64,000 nt of DNA from assembly GCF_009914755.1 (NCBI RefSeq), contig NC_060930.1. One strand, 5' to 3'. Of this stretch, positions 40,224-53,819 are shown piece after piece. This DNA is from the human T2T-CHM13v2.0 reference genome, Homo sapiens. The notes below the pieces were generated by a model, which saw only the letters and a program-made list of their open reading frames with translations, was not told where the DNA came from and ran no database searches. A program made the position numbers and the translations under genes. Each line of letters begins with the position of its first letter. The first letter of the stretch is position 1.

Positions 40224-42889
40224 CTTTGTTCGTTTCACAGTTACTTGGCTGTGTGTTCTAAGTACCTTTTGCTCAGTGCAGAGTGAAAGACCATCTCTAG
40301 GGAACGAAGCCTTACTGGCAAGACTAGGGGCTGCTGCAGCCAGATGTCCTTCATGGCCTAGGAAAGTCATGCGTTTTTTCATTGAGTATGTAAAGTCTTC
40401 ATGAAGTACGCTGAATAAGTGCAGCCATAAGCATACATCACATGGGATTTTGCAGTAATGAAGTTAACAATTTTTACAACAGTGCAACTTTGGATCAAAT
40501 AAAATACAGTACAATTTACACGGGCTTGGTTTCTGAGGCAAATGTGCCCTTATTTTTATGCTCTGAATTCATTCTTAGTCTTTAATCACAGGTTCATTAT
40601 GGATGTGATTTAAACATTACATGTCAGTGAACATAAATTATAACTTCAAACTGATACTCAAAATGGGTCTAGTGTGGGTCTAGATGGACAACTGTCTTAC
40701 ATGTTCATTTAAGAGGTATTTGGAGACTGAAGCTGTTTGTAAAAGGGAAAAGTCTCTCTAAGCAAATGTTATTTATTGATTTTTTTTTTAATTCGCCAAG
40801 TTGAAAGACCCTTGGTCGAGAAATTCTGTATCAAATTTAGGGGAGATAATCAAAATATAGAAAAATAAGAAATCTTTTCTCAAATCTTTAAACTGTAGAT
40901 GGTGGGATTTTAAAGAAACTCTTCTGTTTCTCCTGCAGAAAGTGAGCTGTTTCCGGATGCTATGTTGTGTCTTTTAGGACGACACTGGCATGCTGTATAT
41001 CCTTGCAGCAGCCCTCTGCAGACCCACGGACACCCCCTTCTCTTGTTTAAACATCTTCCAGATGTGTTTCTTTGTATCACACTGACAAGCAATTCCACCG
41101 TCTTCTGAGTTTACTGTTGTCCATGTAATTTTGTTTATGATGTTTTTGTGCTGGTGGTTTTTATTGTGCTCTGCATTCTGACTCAGGAAGCCCATCTCCT
41201 TTTTCTATTTACGGTAATTACTAGAGAGCATTTTATTTTGGCCTCTGGGGCGTGTCTGCTGTGTTTCTTTGTGTGGGCATGTATGTTAAAATTGGAAAGT
41301 GTTTTCTTTGAGGTCAGGGCTTTTGTAAGGTGTTCTAAGAAGTTTGTCAAACCCCAACTAGCTTTAAAAAATTTTTTGTTTGTGTAATATAACCTGTTTA
41401 CTATTTCTGCTTATAAGCGTTTCTATCATCAACTTTAATGTTAGTAGGAAGAAAAACTTTCTCATCTTCATATATTGACTTTAATTAGTGATTAGTTTCT
41501 GGTGATGAGATATATTGAATCAAAGATGGTCTGGTTTTTCCAATATCTCCTTTCTGCTATTATTAAATAAATGAAGAATCACAACAGAGTTTCCCGATAC
41601 TGGTACTAACACACTGTTTTTGTGTTGTTGGTGGATTAGGACTGAATTACCTCTGACTCAGAGATTCAGGGTTAATGAGATTTTCATCATTGAGTTGGGG
41701 CAACCGAAGCTTTGAATGGATGATAGCAGATTGATTCTGTTTCTTGAAGCCAGTAGGTGCTCGTTTTATGTTTCAGTGAATGAAAACTTGTGTCCACTGT
41801 AACCTTTTTGCTTTTTCTGAGAATAGTGAATTCTCATTTTCAGAGAATTACTGTCAAGAAAAACATGTATCAAGCCATTCCGTGTGCTCTGTTTAAACAG
41901 TTACCTGGTTTCCTTAGTTACAAAGGTTTCCCTTCTTTCTCTCTACAGTTAGTTACTAAGCTTTTAACGCGTACCAGTCTTGATGTTAAGGAGTTGTCAG
42001 AATATAGATTTTTTCATGCCAGGAGGCTGATTTGGGAGATGGCGGGACTGAATTCTAGAGCAGCCATTCTGAGTTTATAAGATCTCTGGCACAGGCCATA
42101 CCCCAACCAGTTAAGTCAATGTGAGGGTGAGGAAGTCATTAAGTGGTTTCCAGGGCGGCCATGCCTGACCACTAGTATTCTAGGAGAGTGCTCCCAGTGA
42201 GTGCTGCAGAAGCTTGAACACAAACCACCAGCAGTGGTGATAAGAAGACTTGTTAGAAAGGTAGGAATGTAGCTTTCTAGGAAATGCAGTGAAGAATGTT
42301 TTAGGGAGAATCTTTGCTTCAGGAGCTCAAGGATTATGGAAGAAGAAATTCAAACCACAGTGTGTAGGTATAGCAGCATGGTGTGACTCGCAGGTTGGTA
42401 AATAAAAACTTTTCTGAGTGGGAATGATTTTCTGCAGTCTCCCTGCAAGTCGTAGGGTTTACTCCTTTGGATGTTGCGCTGCTGTATACTTTACTGTCCC
42501 AACAGCTTTTCTGACGGTATGTCCTGCCCCTGATGTGGCATCCAGAGGTTGCTCTTCTGGATTCTTCCTGGATTCATTGACTGGAGAGAAAGTTCATTTC
42601 ACTGCCACACACATATTTTTGATTTGCGGCCGCCTGAAACCTGAATAGTCTTGGTGTTGCTCAGAGAGTATCTCATGACTATATTTTTAGCTACCCGCGT
42701 GGGCAGGCCCTAGGCAGTGTCACTTCACTCACTCGGCCCCTCATTTTTCTTATTTGCATTGAAAGCCTAAGTATAAATAAGGCTATCTGTGGGTAGCGGT
42801 GGGGGGTGTGTGTTAGAGAGAGGTGGGTAGGGTTGATTATAACCTCAGCGGGTATTAGAATTTCCCCACCAGCAGTGACAGATGGATTT

Positions 42890-43987
42890 CTTTTTCCTTT
42901 TTTTTTTTTATTTGAGATGGAGTCTCCCAGGCTGGATTGCAGTGGCACAATCTCTGCCTCCTGGGTTCGAGCAATTCTCCTGTCTCGGCGTCCTGAGTAG
43001 CTGGGACCACAGGCACCCGCCACCATGCCTTGCTAATTTTTGTGTTCTTAGTAGAGATGGCATTTCACTGTCCTGGTCAGGTTGGTCTTGAACCCCTGAC
43101 CTCAGGTGATCTATCTTCCTCGGCCTTCCAAAGTTTTGGGATTACAGGCGTGAGCCACCACGTCTGGCCGACTGATGAATTTCTAAGTCCTCCACTGTTA
43201 CATTAGCAAAACCAAAACCTCATCTCTTATGAGTTAGGGCTTGTGATGTCAAATGTAGATTTTCAGAGAATGGCTCTTGAGTAATTTCTCTTTCTATCCA
43301 AGACTCTTCTGTGTTAGTCATTCTTTATATTTTATTTATTTCTATTTTATTCCTTTATAATATTTAATTAATTAATTTTTTTTGAGACTGAGTCTCACTG
43401 TGTAGCCCAGGCTGAAGTGCAGTGGCATGATCTCAGTTCACGGCAATGCCTCCTGGGTCCTGGTTCAAGCAGTTTTCTTGCCTCAGCCTCCCAAATAGCT
43501 GGAATTACAGGCATGTGCCACCATGCCCAGCTAATTTTTGTATTTTTTGTAGAGACGGAGTTTCACCGTGTTGGCCTGGCTGGTCTTCAACTCCTGACCT
43601 CGTGATCTGCCCGCCTCGGCCTCCGAAAGTCCTGGGATTACAGGAGTGAGCCACTGTGCCCGGCCTATTTATCTTATTTTTATGAGACAGGGTCACACTC
43701 AGTTGCCCAAACTGGAGTATAGTGGCTCAATCATAGCTCACTGTAACCTCAGAATGCCTGTGTTCAAGCGATCTTCTCACCTCAGCCTCTTGAGTAGCTT
43801 GGACCACAGGAGTGTGCCGTCATGCCTAATTTTAAGTTTTTAACTAATTTTAAATTTTTGTTGTTGTAGAGATGAGGGTCTCTTGCTATATTGGCCAGGG
43901 CTGTCTTGGACTCCTGGGCTCAAGCAATCCTCCTACCTTAGCCTCCCAGTGTGTGAGAATTACAGACATGAGCCACTGCGCCCAACC
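42890..43987 (-). mobile_element. Cluster of three antisense Alus (42890-43169, ~43376-43665, AluJ 43666-43987)
   Basis: Three dimers; the first has TSD GAC[A/T]GATG[G/A]ATTTCT. Confidence 0.93.
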
Positions 43988-44204
43988 TAGTCTTTCTTTT
44001 TTAAAGCATTGTTTTCCCAAAGGCTCTGAAAACCTTGTTAGCCAAAAAAAGGCACAGCAAGGTCCGCCAACCTTGACTTGACTTCACTCCTGACTTTTAA
44101 ATCAATACATAAAGGCTTTTGTTTATTTTTTGTTATTTTGCTCTTCAGTAAATTAGGGCACCTAAATTTATATTCTGAGTTTCGATTAAAACCACCCAAC
44201 TACA

Positions 44205-44590
44205 TTCATGTCTCTGGACTGAACTTTGGTATTTTCTCTAAGGTCTGTAACAGGTAACAGCACATTGAAAAATTCAGTGGAGGTGACTCCATTTACTGAG
44301 TTGAAAACCTTTGGATGTATTCGACTCCCTTTTTTCACACACGCCACATCTAGTCTGTCAGCCTTCTCTTGGCCCAGTGTTGTAAATGTTCCAGAATTTA
44401 ACCAGTTGTCAGTCTTTGGCACCACCCTGGTCCTCATCTCTTGTACAGGTAACTGCCTCAGCCTCCCTTGTTTTTCCACACCACTGTCCCCCATGATTTA
44501 CCCTCAACACTGCAGTCAGTGCTCAAAGTCTGCTACTTCTTTGCTCCGAAGTCTCCAGTGGTTTCCCATTTAGAGCAAATTTCTTATCTC
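44205..44590 (+). mobile_element. L2 LINE fragment
   Basis: GACTCC...CCACATCTAGTC...CACCACCCTGGTCC..CATCTCTTG...CTCCAGTGGTTTCCCAT. Confidence 0.7.
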
Positions 44591-45075
44591 CCCCACTTCC
44601 TCCTCTGTCCTTTCACACACATCACCGAAGTGTAAATGGTAAATTTCTACATACATCCACTTTGCTTATAACACACCTTTTGTTTCTTGTATGATTGCAA
44701 ACTGTAAGGATAGGAAGAATCGTAACTTTGCTTCTTGATAGCCATATTTGCTTTCCCTAGCAGCTTTAACTTAAAATGAAGTTGTATGTATGCCATACCA
44801 CCTTTTTTTTTGGCGGGAGGGTGGGGTCAGTCCTCATGGCTTTGGGTAAGTGTGAATTTCTTCATTAAACCCCCAACTGCCACATTATTCCAGCGTCATA
44901 GAGCTAAACAACTGCAAGAAACCTCATTCTGCATAAAGGAAGAAATGTTGGAACTGGCTGGGATGCACGGACCAAAGAAGAGGTTCAGTTTTGTTTAGGT
45001 AGCTGAAACAATGGTGATTGTTGTAAAGTATTGTTAGAGGTAGAGTTAAATCTTGTCTTTGGATTGGGAGCCCCC

Positions 45076-45540
<465 letters not shown>

Positions 45541-45789
45541 TAGGTGCCAACACATTGGTATGAAAAAGAATTGAGAATGGACTTTTTATTCTTGTCTCTT
45601 GAGAAAGGCAACTCTATTTACCGTAGCATTACTGTTGAAGTCATGATCAGTATGCAGTTAGTAAACACTGGCATTTGTTTGGACACGGGGTCTGACGATG
45701 AGAGCTTTTGCCCCTATGAGATGCTCATACCTTATCAATTAGGGGTGTTGGTAGTTGTGTAGAAATTAAAGCCTGTAAGGGAAGTTAGG

Positions 45790-46410
45790 CTGATGATAGG
45801 TCTTTATGGGCTCTGCAAGGAAATTTGGAGTTTTCTTCTGAGATTCTGGGGAGCCATGGAAAGGCTTCAGTAGGGGAAGTGGTGACATGGATGGTGTCAA
45901 ATTGCAGCGTGGCTGTGTTTGTAGAGAAAGAACGTGGGGTAGATGGTTGGAATTGGGATTAGTTGGTGGTAGAGACATTTTAGGAGATTTCTTGTCTTTG
46001 GAAAGAGATGAGATTTCTGGTTTAAATAGGTATCCAAGGAATTGAGAGACAGACAGGATTACCTGGATTTTGAAAGCAAATGTCAACAATGAGAAAAAAA
46101 GTGCCAAGTCCAGTTTCGGTTTCTAGACCAGAGTAGCCAGGAAGGTGGTGTGGAGAGGGTTGTGGTGGGGAGGGAGGAGATTGTCAAGAAGATGATTTAG
46201 TAGTTATCAGTATTTAGATTATGATTGGAGATAAGGGGACGGCAGAAGAATCAAACTTGAAGGTGGTGGAGGTGATGAAACAGCAGAAAAGGTATTTTAG
46301 TGTGGCAGGAAAACCAGGGGAGAGTCCAGTTGCCGATAAAAAGTTTGCGTTAAATTTGGCAATTAGAGTGTTTCTCATGGCAGTGAGAACAGTTTTCCTG
46401 GAAGACTAGG
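45790..46410 (-). mobile_element. L2 LINE fragments
   Basis: GGAAATTTGGA.TTT..TCTGAG...TGGGGAGCCATGGAAAGG...CAGTAGGGGAAGTG. Confidence 0.55.
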
Positions 46411-46449
46411 ATGAAAGTTGAATAGGCTGCATGTCTGCTGTTCAAACAC

Positions 46450-46592
46450 CAGCACTTCTCACGTGTAATCCCTGAACCAGCAGCATTAGCATCACCTGAG
46501 AGAATCTCAGCGAAAGGAGGCTGTGCACAGTGTGTGTTCACAAGCCCTGGGAGTGTTCCTGATGTCTGCTCAAGTTTGCCACCATTGCCTTA
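46450..46592. mobile_element. MER5A (hAT-Charlie)
   Basis: ACCAGCAGCATTAGCATCACCTG...ACAAGCCCT...CTGATG...CTCAAGTTTG. Confidence 0.7.
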
Positions 46593-47953
46593 GATAATTA
46601 TTTGTTTTACACATGAGCCACTGTAAGATTCACAGAATTCCAGAATTGGAATCCAGGCTTCTTTGTACCTCTCACTCTTTCCACCTGCCACCTGTTTCCC
46701 TGTGTTGTGTCTTGGAATGGCCTTCAAGTGCCTGCTACGTGCTGGACTCATTGCTATGTCTCAGGAACATAAAAGGCGAGTAAGACACAGACTAGTCAGA
46801 ATGTGATCTGTACTACTTCACACCTCTGAACCTCAGTTTCAGCATTTAAAAATGTTTGTGTGATAAGTATGCTAGTTGAAAAATGTGGAAGAGAATATGT
46901 ACAGGAAATGTGTGTGCCCTGTCGCTTGGTGGACACACGTTATTAGTGGGAAATGCTTTTTGGAGGGAAAATGTGCATCAGAATGGTTTCTGGAGGCCCA
47001 TACCTGTAATGAAAGGGTGCCAATCCCAGGGTGGTTATTAATTATTGGGAGGGCTGGAGGACACAGGAAGGGGTTAAGGCATATGAGACAACTTTATCTG
47101 TTTCTGGAAAAAATAAGGCAATATGTCAGTTTATGTTAAGTCCAAGGACAGAGTTTATTTGTAGACTTTCTGTTAGTGTGGAAATTTGCATGAGATAGAC
47201 AAAAATAAACTGGTGGTTTGTAATATAACATGACCAGAGATAACCAGTCTTGTGACAATATACGTATACTTCTGTTTATTTCCTTGCTGGGGTTCGGGTG
47301 GGGTAGTTATTGTTCAACCAAAAAAGCCAGCGAGTCAGTCAGGCATTGATTGATCTCATAAAATGATCCCCCAGCAGTGTTCTGGGTCCTGGTGGAAGAA
47401 ACAGCAGCACTAACTCCTTTCCATCACCCACAGGGCCGTAATTCTAACCAGCCCTGTCAGTAAGGGGCAACCATGAATCAAATCAAGCCTGTTTTGGCCA
47501 CCCTGTGGGTACTTGGAGACTGGCTGGTGGATAGGACTGGTTTTTGTCTGGCCTCAATCCCGGAGGCTTTATTTTGTAGTGATTTCCTTAGAAAAGGATT
47601 TGAAGGTGTAGGAAAGCAGTGTGTCTTCAAGGCTTTGCAGACAGACTTTACTTCATCTTCAGGATGTTTCCTGCAAGAGGGGTTTCCTGCAAAACCCCTA
47701 GAGGCCAGATGTGCCCCACAGGACTGGAACCACTTCCAACCTGGAGAGTTGTATGAGTGGATGTCTGCACTTTGAATAGTTCTTGCCTGCTTTAGACTCT
47801 AATTTTCTTGTAAAAGATTTCTTATCTCCCACAGTTTTCTTGGTAAATGGAGTAACACATAAGGCACATAAGACTCTCAGGGACGTAGTAAAATGCACTA
47901 TCACGTAACACGCAATGTCAATTGAAACCCTATCCAATTTAATGCAGATATGT

Positions 47954-48149
47954 CAGTGCTGTCCAAAAGAACTTCTTGTGATGACAGAACCGTTCTGTAG
48001 CTGTGTTGTCCATTGACAGGTGGTCGGATTGTGGCCATTGAGTAACTGAAATGTGACCAGCATGACTCAAGGACCTTAATTTTAAATTTTAATTGAGTTA
48101 ATTATAAGTACTTACATGTGACTAGTGGCTACTGTATTAGACGGTGCAG
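47954..48149. mobile_element. MER3 (hAT-Charlie)
   Basis: CAGTGCTGTCCAA.AGAACTT...GTGATGA...GAAATGTGA...ACATGTGACTAGTGGCTACTGTATTAGAC. Confidence 0.8.
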
Positions 48150-48254
48150 ATTAGAATGTGGCATTTGGGGATTTTTTGGGGGTATATCATAATGAACATA
48201 AAAAGGCATTAGTGATTAAAAGATCCAAATATTAGAATTTCTTTGTAAATAAAT

Positions 48255-48297
48255 TAACATAAATTCCCAAGGAAATTCTAGTAACATAAATTCCCAA
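48255..48297. repeat. 16-bp direct repeat TAACATAAATTCCCAA x2
   Basis: Exact copies at 48255-48270 and 48282-48297. Confidence 0.9.
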
Positions 48298-49680
48298 AGT
48301 GAAGTCATATATAGTTGCACACTGGCATTGGTGATATTGAACTATTTATTTGATTTGATTTTTGAAGACACTGGCCAATAATTTATTTGTAATTTGATTT
48401 CCTCGCCACCACTCCATCAGTGAAGGTACATTGACAATCCAGGTGTCTGTTAGATGCTGGAAGATAATCCTGCTGTAGATCTTGGGTCTTTTTTGATTAC
48501 ATTGAAAAAGCGAACCGTCAGATCCAGCACTGCAGGAGGTTTTAATGCCGTGTTGCGTGGTTCTGGCTGCTCTGTTCCCTGACTGCACCCTTTAACCATG
48601 AGCGTGCGGACGTCTTGCTGCCATGCTGCTGCCTTGACGACGGCGGATGTCTGACATGCTCAGACGCAAAAGAGCTGACTTGGCAGCTGCCCAGCAGATT
48701 TTTATAAAGGCTCAGTTGGTGGCCGGAGATTCAGCCTGTCAGAGTTGTGTTATGCAATAAATCGTTTTCAGCAGAAGTTCTTAATCCAATTTCAGCTGCA
48801 GCTTTTTTTTTTTTTAAATAGGCAGTAATCAAAGATAAGTACACATTATTTAATGGGAGTTTGGAAGAAGTAAAACTCTCCTTGCAGAAGCATTTTCAGG
48901 CCGTTTACCCTAACCTGGGAAGCATGTTTGTCTGAAGAAATTTGCTGCTTTGAAGTGCTTTTAATTTAAACCCTAGGCAAGGGAACATCATTCACAAGTT
49001 CAGTAAGTAAGTTTCTTCTCTCAAGATGTTTCCTGGCCCCTTATTTCCAGTTGTGAATGTTACTCAGGCTTCACTTTATTTGAATATTGACAGACTACTT
49101 TTTTTTTTTGGAATTAAATCAATTGGAAATTATTAGTACTACTGTTACTTTGTTAAAAGGGAAGAAAAGGTTATTTTAGACAAAGTTGAAGTTGTACCTT
49201 TCTCATTTTCCTTCATCACCCCCAACCCCATTTTTGTTTACACTTAATCTGTGGGAAGAATCAACATTCCCTCCCAATTTTTTATTTGGTGCTTTCGTTT
49301 TTCTCTCAAAGTGTTGCTGGAACAGGTTTGGCATATCAGGCAGCCACAAGTTGTTTCAAGTAGGGTGATTTAACAGCAGGTATATGAGAAACACGTTCTG
49401 AAAATAAAAGGCATTCATGTACAGGATTCCAGTCATTTATCCTTGGGAGGAGGAAATAGCAATCAATCCTTTCCTTGTCCATGGGCCTAGTTTTTTAGAA
49501 TGTTTTTTTTCATTTGCTATTCAGCTCTGTACGGCTGTTGTTCAGATCCACCATCCTTAATCCCATGATATGACATTGCATGTTGGTCCTTTGGGCATTG
49601 GAGTCAGGAAAAGCACTTCTTTTTCTTTTTGAAAGTAGCCACATCCCTCCACCTGTAGAGCTCTAGCGATCTCTATATGT

Positions 49681-49720
49681 GGGTGGGGGGCGGGGGGGGC
49701 GGGGGGGGTGGGGGGTGGGG
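49681..49720 (+). repeat. G-rich tract, potential G-quadruplex
   Basis: G3-T-G6-C-G8-C-G8-T-G6-T-G4; 35 of 40 bases are G, with 1-nt loops. Confidence 0.92.
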
Positions 49721-52048
49721 TTGGCAACTCCAATTGCCATGTCTTAGCATTTCTGTGAATTTTAATAAAGAGGCTCTGTGTTAGGAGATCTTCCTGCCTG
49801 TGATCCTGAGTGCTCCTTTCCTTGGTCTCCTATGGCCCCATCAATTCGAAGGCGATTTCTGCATTTCAGTTGGTTTTAGGTACTAGGGGTTGTGAAGAGC
49901 CTTTGATGTCCTGTGCCCCTGCCCAGTGGAAGCAGGATTGTTTTTTTGCAGCACCTTCCGTAAGTGCACCTAGGTTGCCACCTTCTGCCTCTTTATCACC
50001 AGGTTGTTATTTAAAACATTGGTGGGGGGTCTGAATTCCAACTTTAGAACAGATGTGTGTCACACTTACAATCCTGCTATGTCTATGTTATATTTGTTTT
50101 ATAATATTTATTGTAGTGGCTTTATTTCTTTTTGGAGATATGGTTAAAAAAAAAGTCTTTGTGTCATTGTAGGCTTTTTTTGGTTTGTTTTTAATTGATT
50201 CAGATTTCCTGGAAGGGGCCTGGTAGAGTTGGTTGACCCATGACCCAGTTTCCACGAGGTATTTCCCTGTCGTTACTACCAGTGCCCTTGATTTGGGTAA
50301 TAAATGACTTGACCACTCTACCTGTGAAGCATGAGTGTCTAAGGTAGTTTGCCTGCAAGTGATAGGAAATTAACTGTCTTCCATTTTTAAATAGATGTAA
50401 TTGTCAGAAAATTGATTTTTAATTGATCAGAAATGTGTTTTCCTTTAACCCATGCTTTTTCATCTTTGTTTCCTTCTCCCAAATCAAGATGGCCTGAATT
50501 TGAAACCATAATAAAAACCAAGGTATGAACAAATTGCATAACGATGGTTTGCCAATTGTAGGCTAGTAATAGAAAATTCCTTCCCCTACTCCCACTTCTA
50601 TCCCCACTACTAATAATAGTTTTTTTTCATATATTGTTTACATGAAGCCTCTGCAAACCAATAATTTTAATTTTGCTTTTACCTAGGAGTCAGTGTGAGT
50701 TACATATTTAACATCTCTGGCTACTAACACATTTCTGAGTTTTGAAATTTTACTTCCTGATCTGATATCTGCCATGGACTGACTACCAATGCCACATTTG
50801 CGTCAAGACTCTGGAATTCATCTCTAGAAATAACTAAAAGTTTCACGATTACTTCGTTTCCCCCATACCTTTGACTCTAAAGGGAGAAAGCAGTGGTGTG
50901 GACCTTATACTAAAGGAAGGCTGAGCAGAGAAATCATGATTATTAAATGCAGGTGGTGCTGAGCTCACTGCCCAACTCCTGCTTCCCCAGGAGAGGTTTG
51001 CTGTTAGTACAATCATGATGGAGTTTTCAAGTCTTTCCAGTCGACTCCAAGTATCATCCTCTGGGTGGCACCCATTCTGCGAGCTTTACTGACCTGGATG
51101 TCTCTGTTTTCTTGCACTAATGTACTTGAGTCCTTTTCAGAGATTTTTGAGGGCCCATATTATTGAAGAGTTGGCTGTCACTGCAGAACACCATCCTGTA
51201 AAGGCTTTTTCTTGGTGGGTGATCCAACCAACCTTGAGACAAATTATAAGAACTCTTGGTGTAGTTAGAAACTATATCAAAACAATCTGGTTTTTAAAAG
51301 TGTGGATCATGTACCTTTTTGTCTTGTAAAGCAGTTCATTAACCTGGTCTGAATACAACTTGGTTATATTATGCACACATAGCTTTCTGTCAGTGGCCTG
51401 TACAAGGTTTTAATTTTGATGTTTTTTGTTTTTTTGTCTTTAAAATGAGTAGAGGAGAGCATCACAGGAAAATAAAATTGTATCACTGGGAGCTGTGCTT
51501 TTGGTTGGATTGGATCCTTCATTTGGTTCTTGTTTCATGGTGATGCAATACTTTTACTTACTTCCTCCCCATCCCTGCAAAGAAACAGTCACCATGGAGG
51601 ATATAGTTAACTGCAAACTCATGAGATCCTGCAGTGTCATGAGACTGTGCATGGAAATAGAATTATCTTCTTGTATGTGTTGGATCTGTTCTGGAGGATT
51701 ATTCACATGTAATTTGAATGTATATTTAATTCTGGTTGTTGGGTTTTAAAGAGAAGTCATCCCAAGTTGAGTAACCAAAAGAGAAGGGTTTGAGAGACCG
51801 TGTCACGTAAGGAATGATTAAAGGAACTAGCATTACTTAGTGCCATACCTTTTTGGGTGTTTTCCGCTGTGCTCTTTGATCACTGAAGAGGAGTCAAAGG
51901 AAGATTTCTCAGGGTATATTTATATAGACATCTGAATTCTGACAGTAATACTGGCCGCATGGGATGGATGTTTGAAGCATTCGTCTTGGAGGTTTCATCT
52001 TTTCTTTCTGATGTATATAGGCACAGGATGGAGTCCTATTTTGCAGAG

Positions 52049-52200
52049 CAGAGCTTCTGAAACTTGACCGTGTACCAGAATCATCTGGGCATCAGTGCAG
52101 ATTCTGAGCCCCTAGATCTGGATGGGACCCAGGATTCTGCTTTTCTAACAGGCTGCCGAGTGGTTAAGGTACAGGTGGTCTGTCTTGGAGTTGCAACACT
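52049..52200. mobile_element. MER5A-like fossil
   Basis: CTTCTGAAACTTGA...AGAATCATCTGG...TGCAGATTCTG...GGACCCAGGATTCTGC.TTTCTAACA. Confidence 0.65.
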
Positions 52201-53496
52201 ATGGAAGGATATGTTGAATCTCTAGCCCGGACCGTCAGCTGTGGAGAGTTGTTACATGGTGTTGTCTGATAAAAGGCATGTGATGTTATCATGTGCTTAC
52301 TTTCTGAGCTCTGGTATTTTATGTGTGTATTATAGAACTTGGAACAGTGAGTGGTTCTGTTCTCCTTTTTGTCTTTTAGTAAAAAGACTCACAGTCCGGG
52401 TTAGAGATAACTTGCAATGCCAAGTTGTGGCCCACAGACCACCTGTACCTTAACCACTTGGCACAGTGTTTTTTACTAATTTTAGTAAATTTTGTAAAAA
52501 AAATTATGACCATATACAAGTTTGATTCCTGACCAATTGCTCTTTTTGATAAGAAATTCTATTATTTTCAAAAGTGGCAGTAATCCTGCAGTTTAAAAGG
52601 AGCCATCACTTCTCCTCTAAAGGGCGTATTCCTGTGTCCTCTATATTAAGCTGACCAGTAAACCAGAATGCATGGGGTGCTTGGTTTTGTGGGCCATTCC
52701 AGAGTGGGCCAAGAAGAGGTCTGCACTGTCAAACCCTGACTGATTCTACCAAGGGGCCTGAAGTGGTTTACAGAGGACAAAGGGGATAATTTGGATTTTC
52801 AGACAGTGAGGTGCTAATGGGCTATTAGTTGACTTGAACATATGATTGAGAATGAATTATTGGATCTAGAGGGTCGGGCAGGAGCATCATGAGAGATTGC
52901 TGGAAATACAGGAGAAAGAGTCTGAACAGATGTAAGTGGGGTAGGGGAAGAGTAGCTGGAATCATTGGTCAACATTTAGCAAATGGGAGTGTGACAGAGT
53001 TGTTACATGTGTAAGACCATGTGGACATCTGGACTGGCACTTTTTCTTACAGAGAACACTGCAAAGTGGCTGAGGAACGAGTGGTAGCAGCCACTGTGGA
53101 GGAAGGATGTCTCCCCTAGGACACCAGCCTCTGCTGAGAATCAGAGGTGTGGCTGAGCCCCTTGGGATTAGTCTCTGTGGGGAGTGTTTTATGAGGATAG
53201 CAGTGTGACTTCTGGCACTGGATGTTAGACACTGGCAGGGCGAGTAGGGGTAAATAAATGTCAATGGGAACAGTGAGACTGAGCTTCGTTGAGTTTGTAA
53301 TTGATTCCAGAAGTATTTATTCAGCTCTTGCTATATCAGGCATGTTTTAGGAGCTGGGATACAGTGGTGAACAAGAGTAGTGATTTCCTTGCCCCGTGGT
53401 TAAATGCCTAATTAAATAAGACAGCTATTGAGAAAATGGAAAGGAAGGTCTGTATTGGGTGTATGTATTTTGAGTTTGCTTGACCTCTAATGATAG

Positions 53497-53819
<323 letters not shown>

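Noticed and set aside
42620-42860. CpG-containing patch with a NotI site as an alternative promoter
   Set aside because: Too short and sparse for a CpG island.
44761-44851. Pseudo-exon with TAGCAG acceptor and GTAAGT donor
   Set aside because: Signals of this quality are expected by chance in 57 kb, and nothing else supports it.
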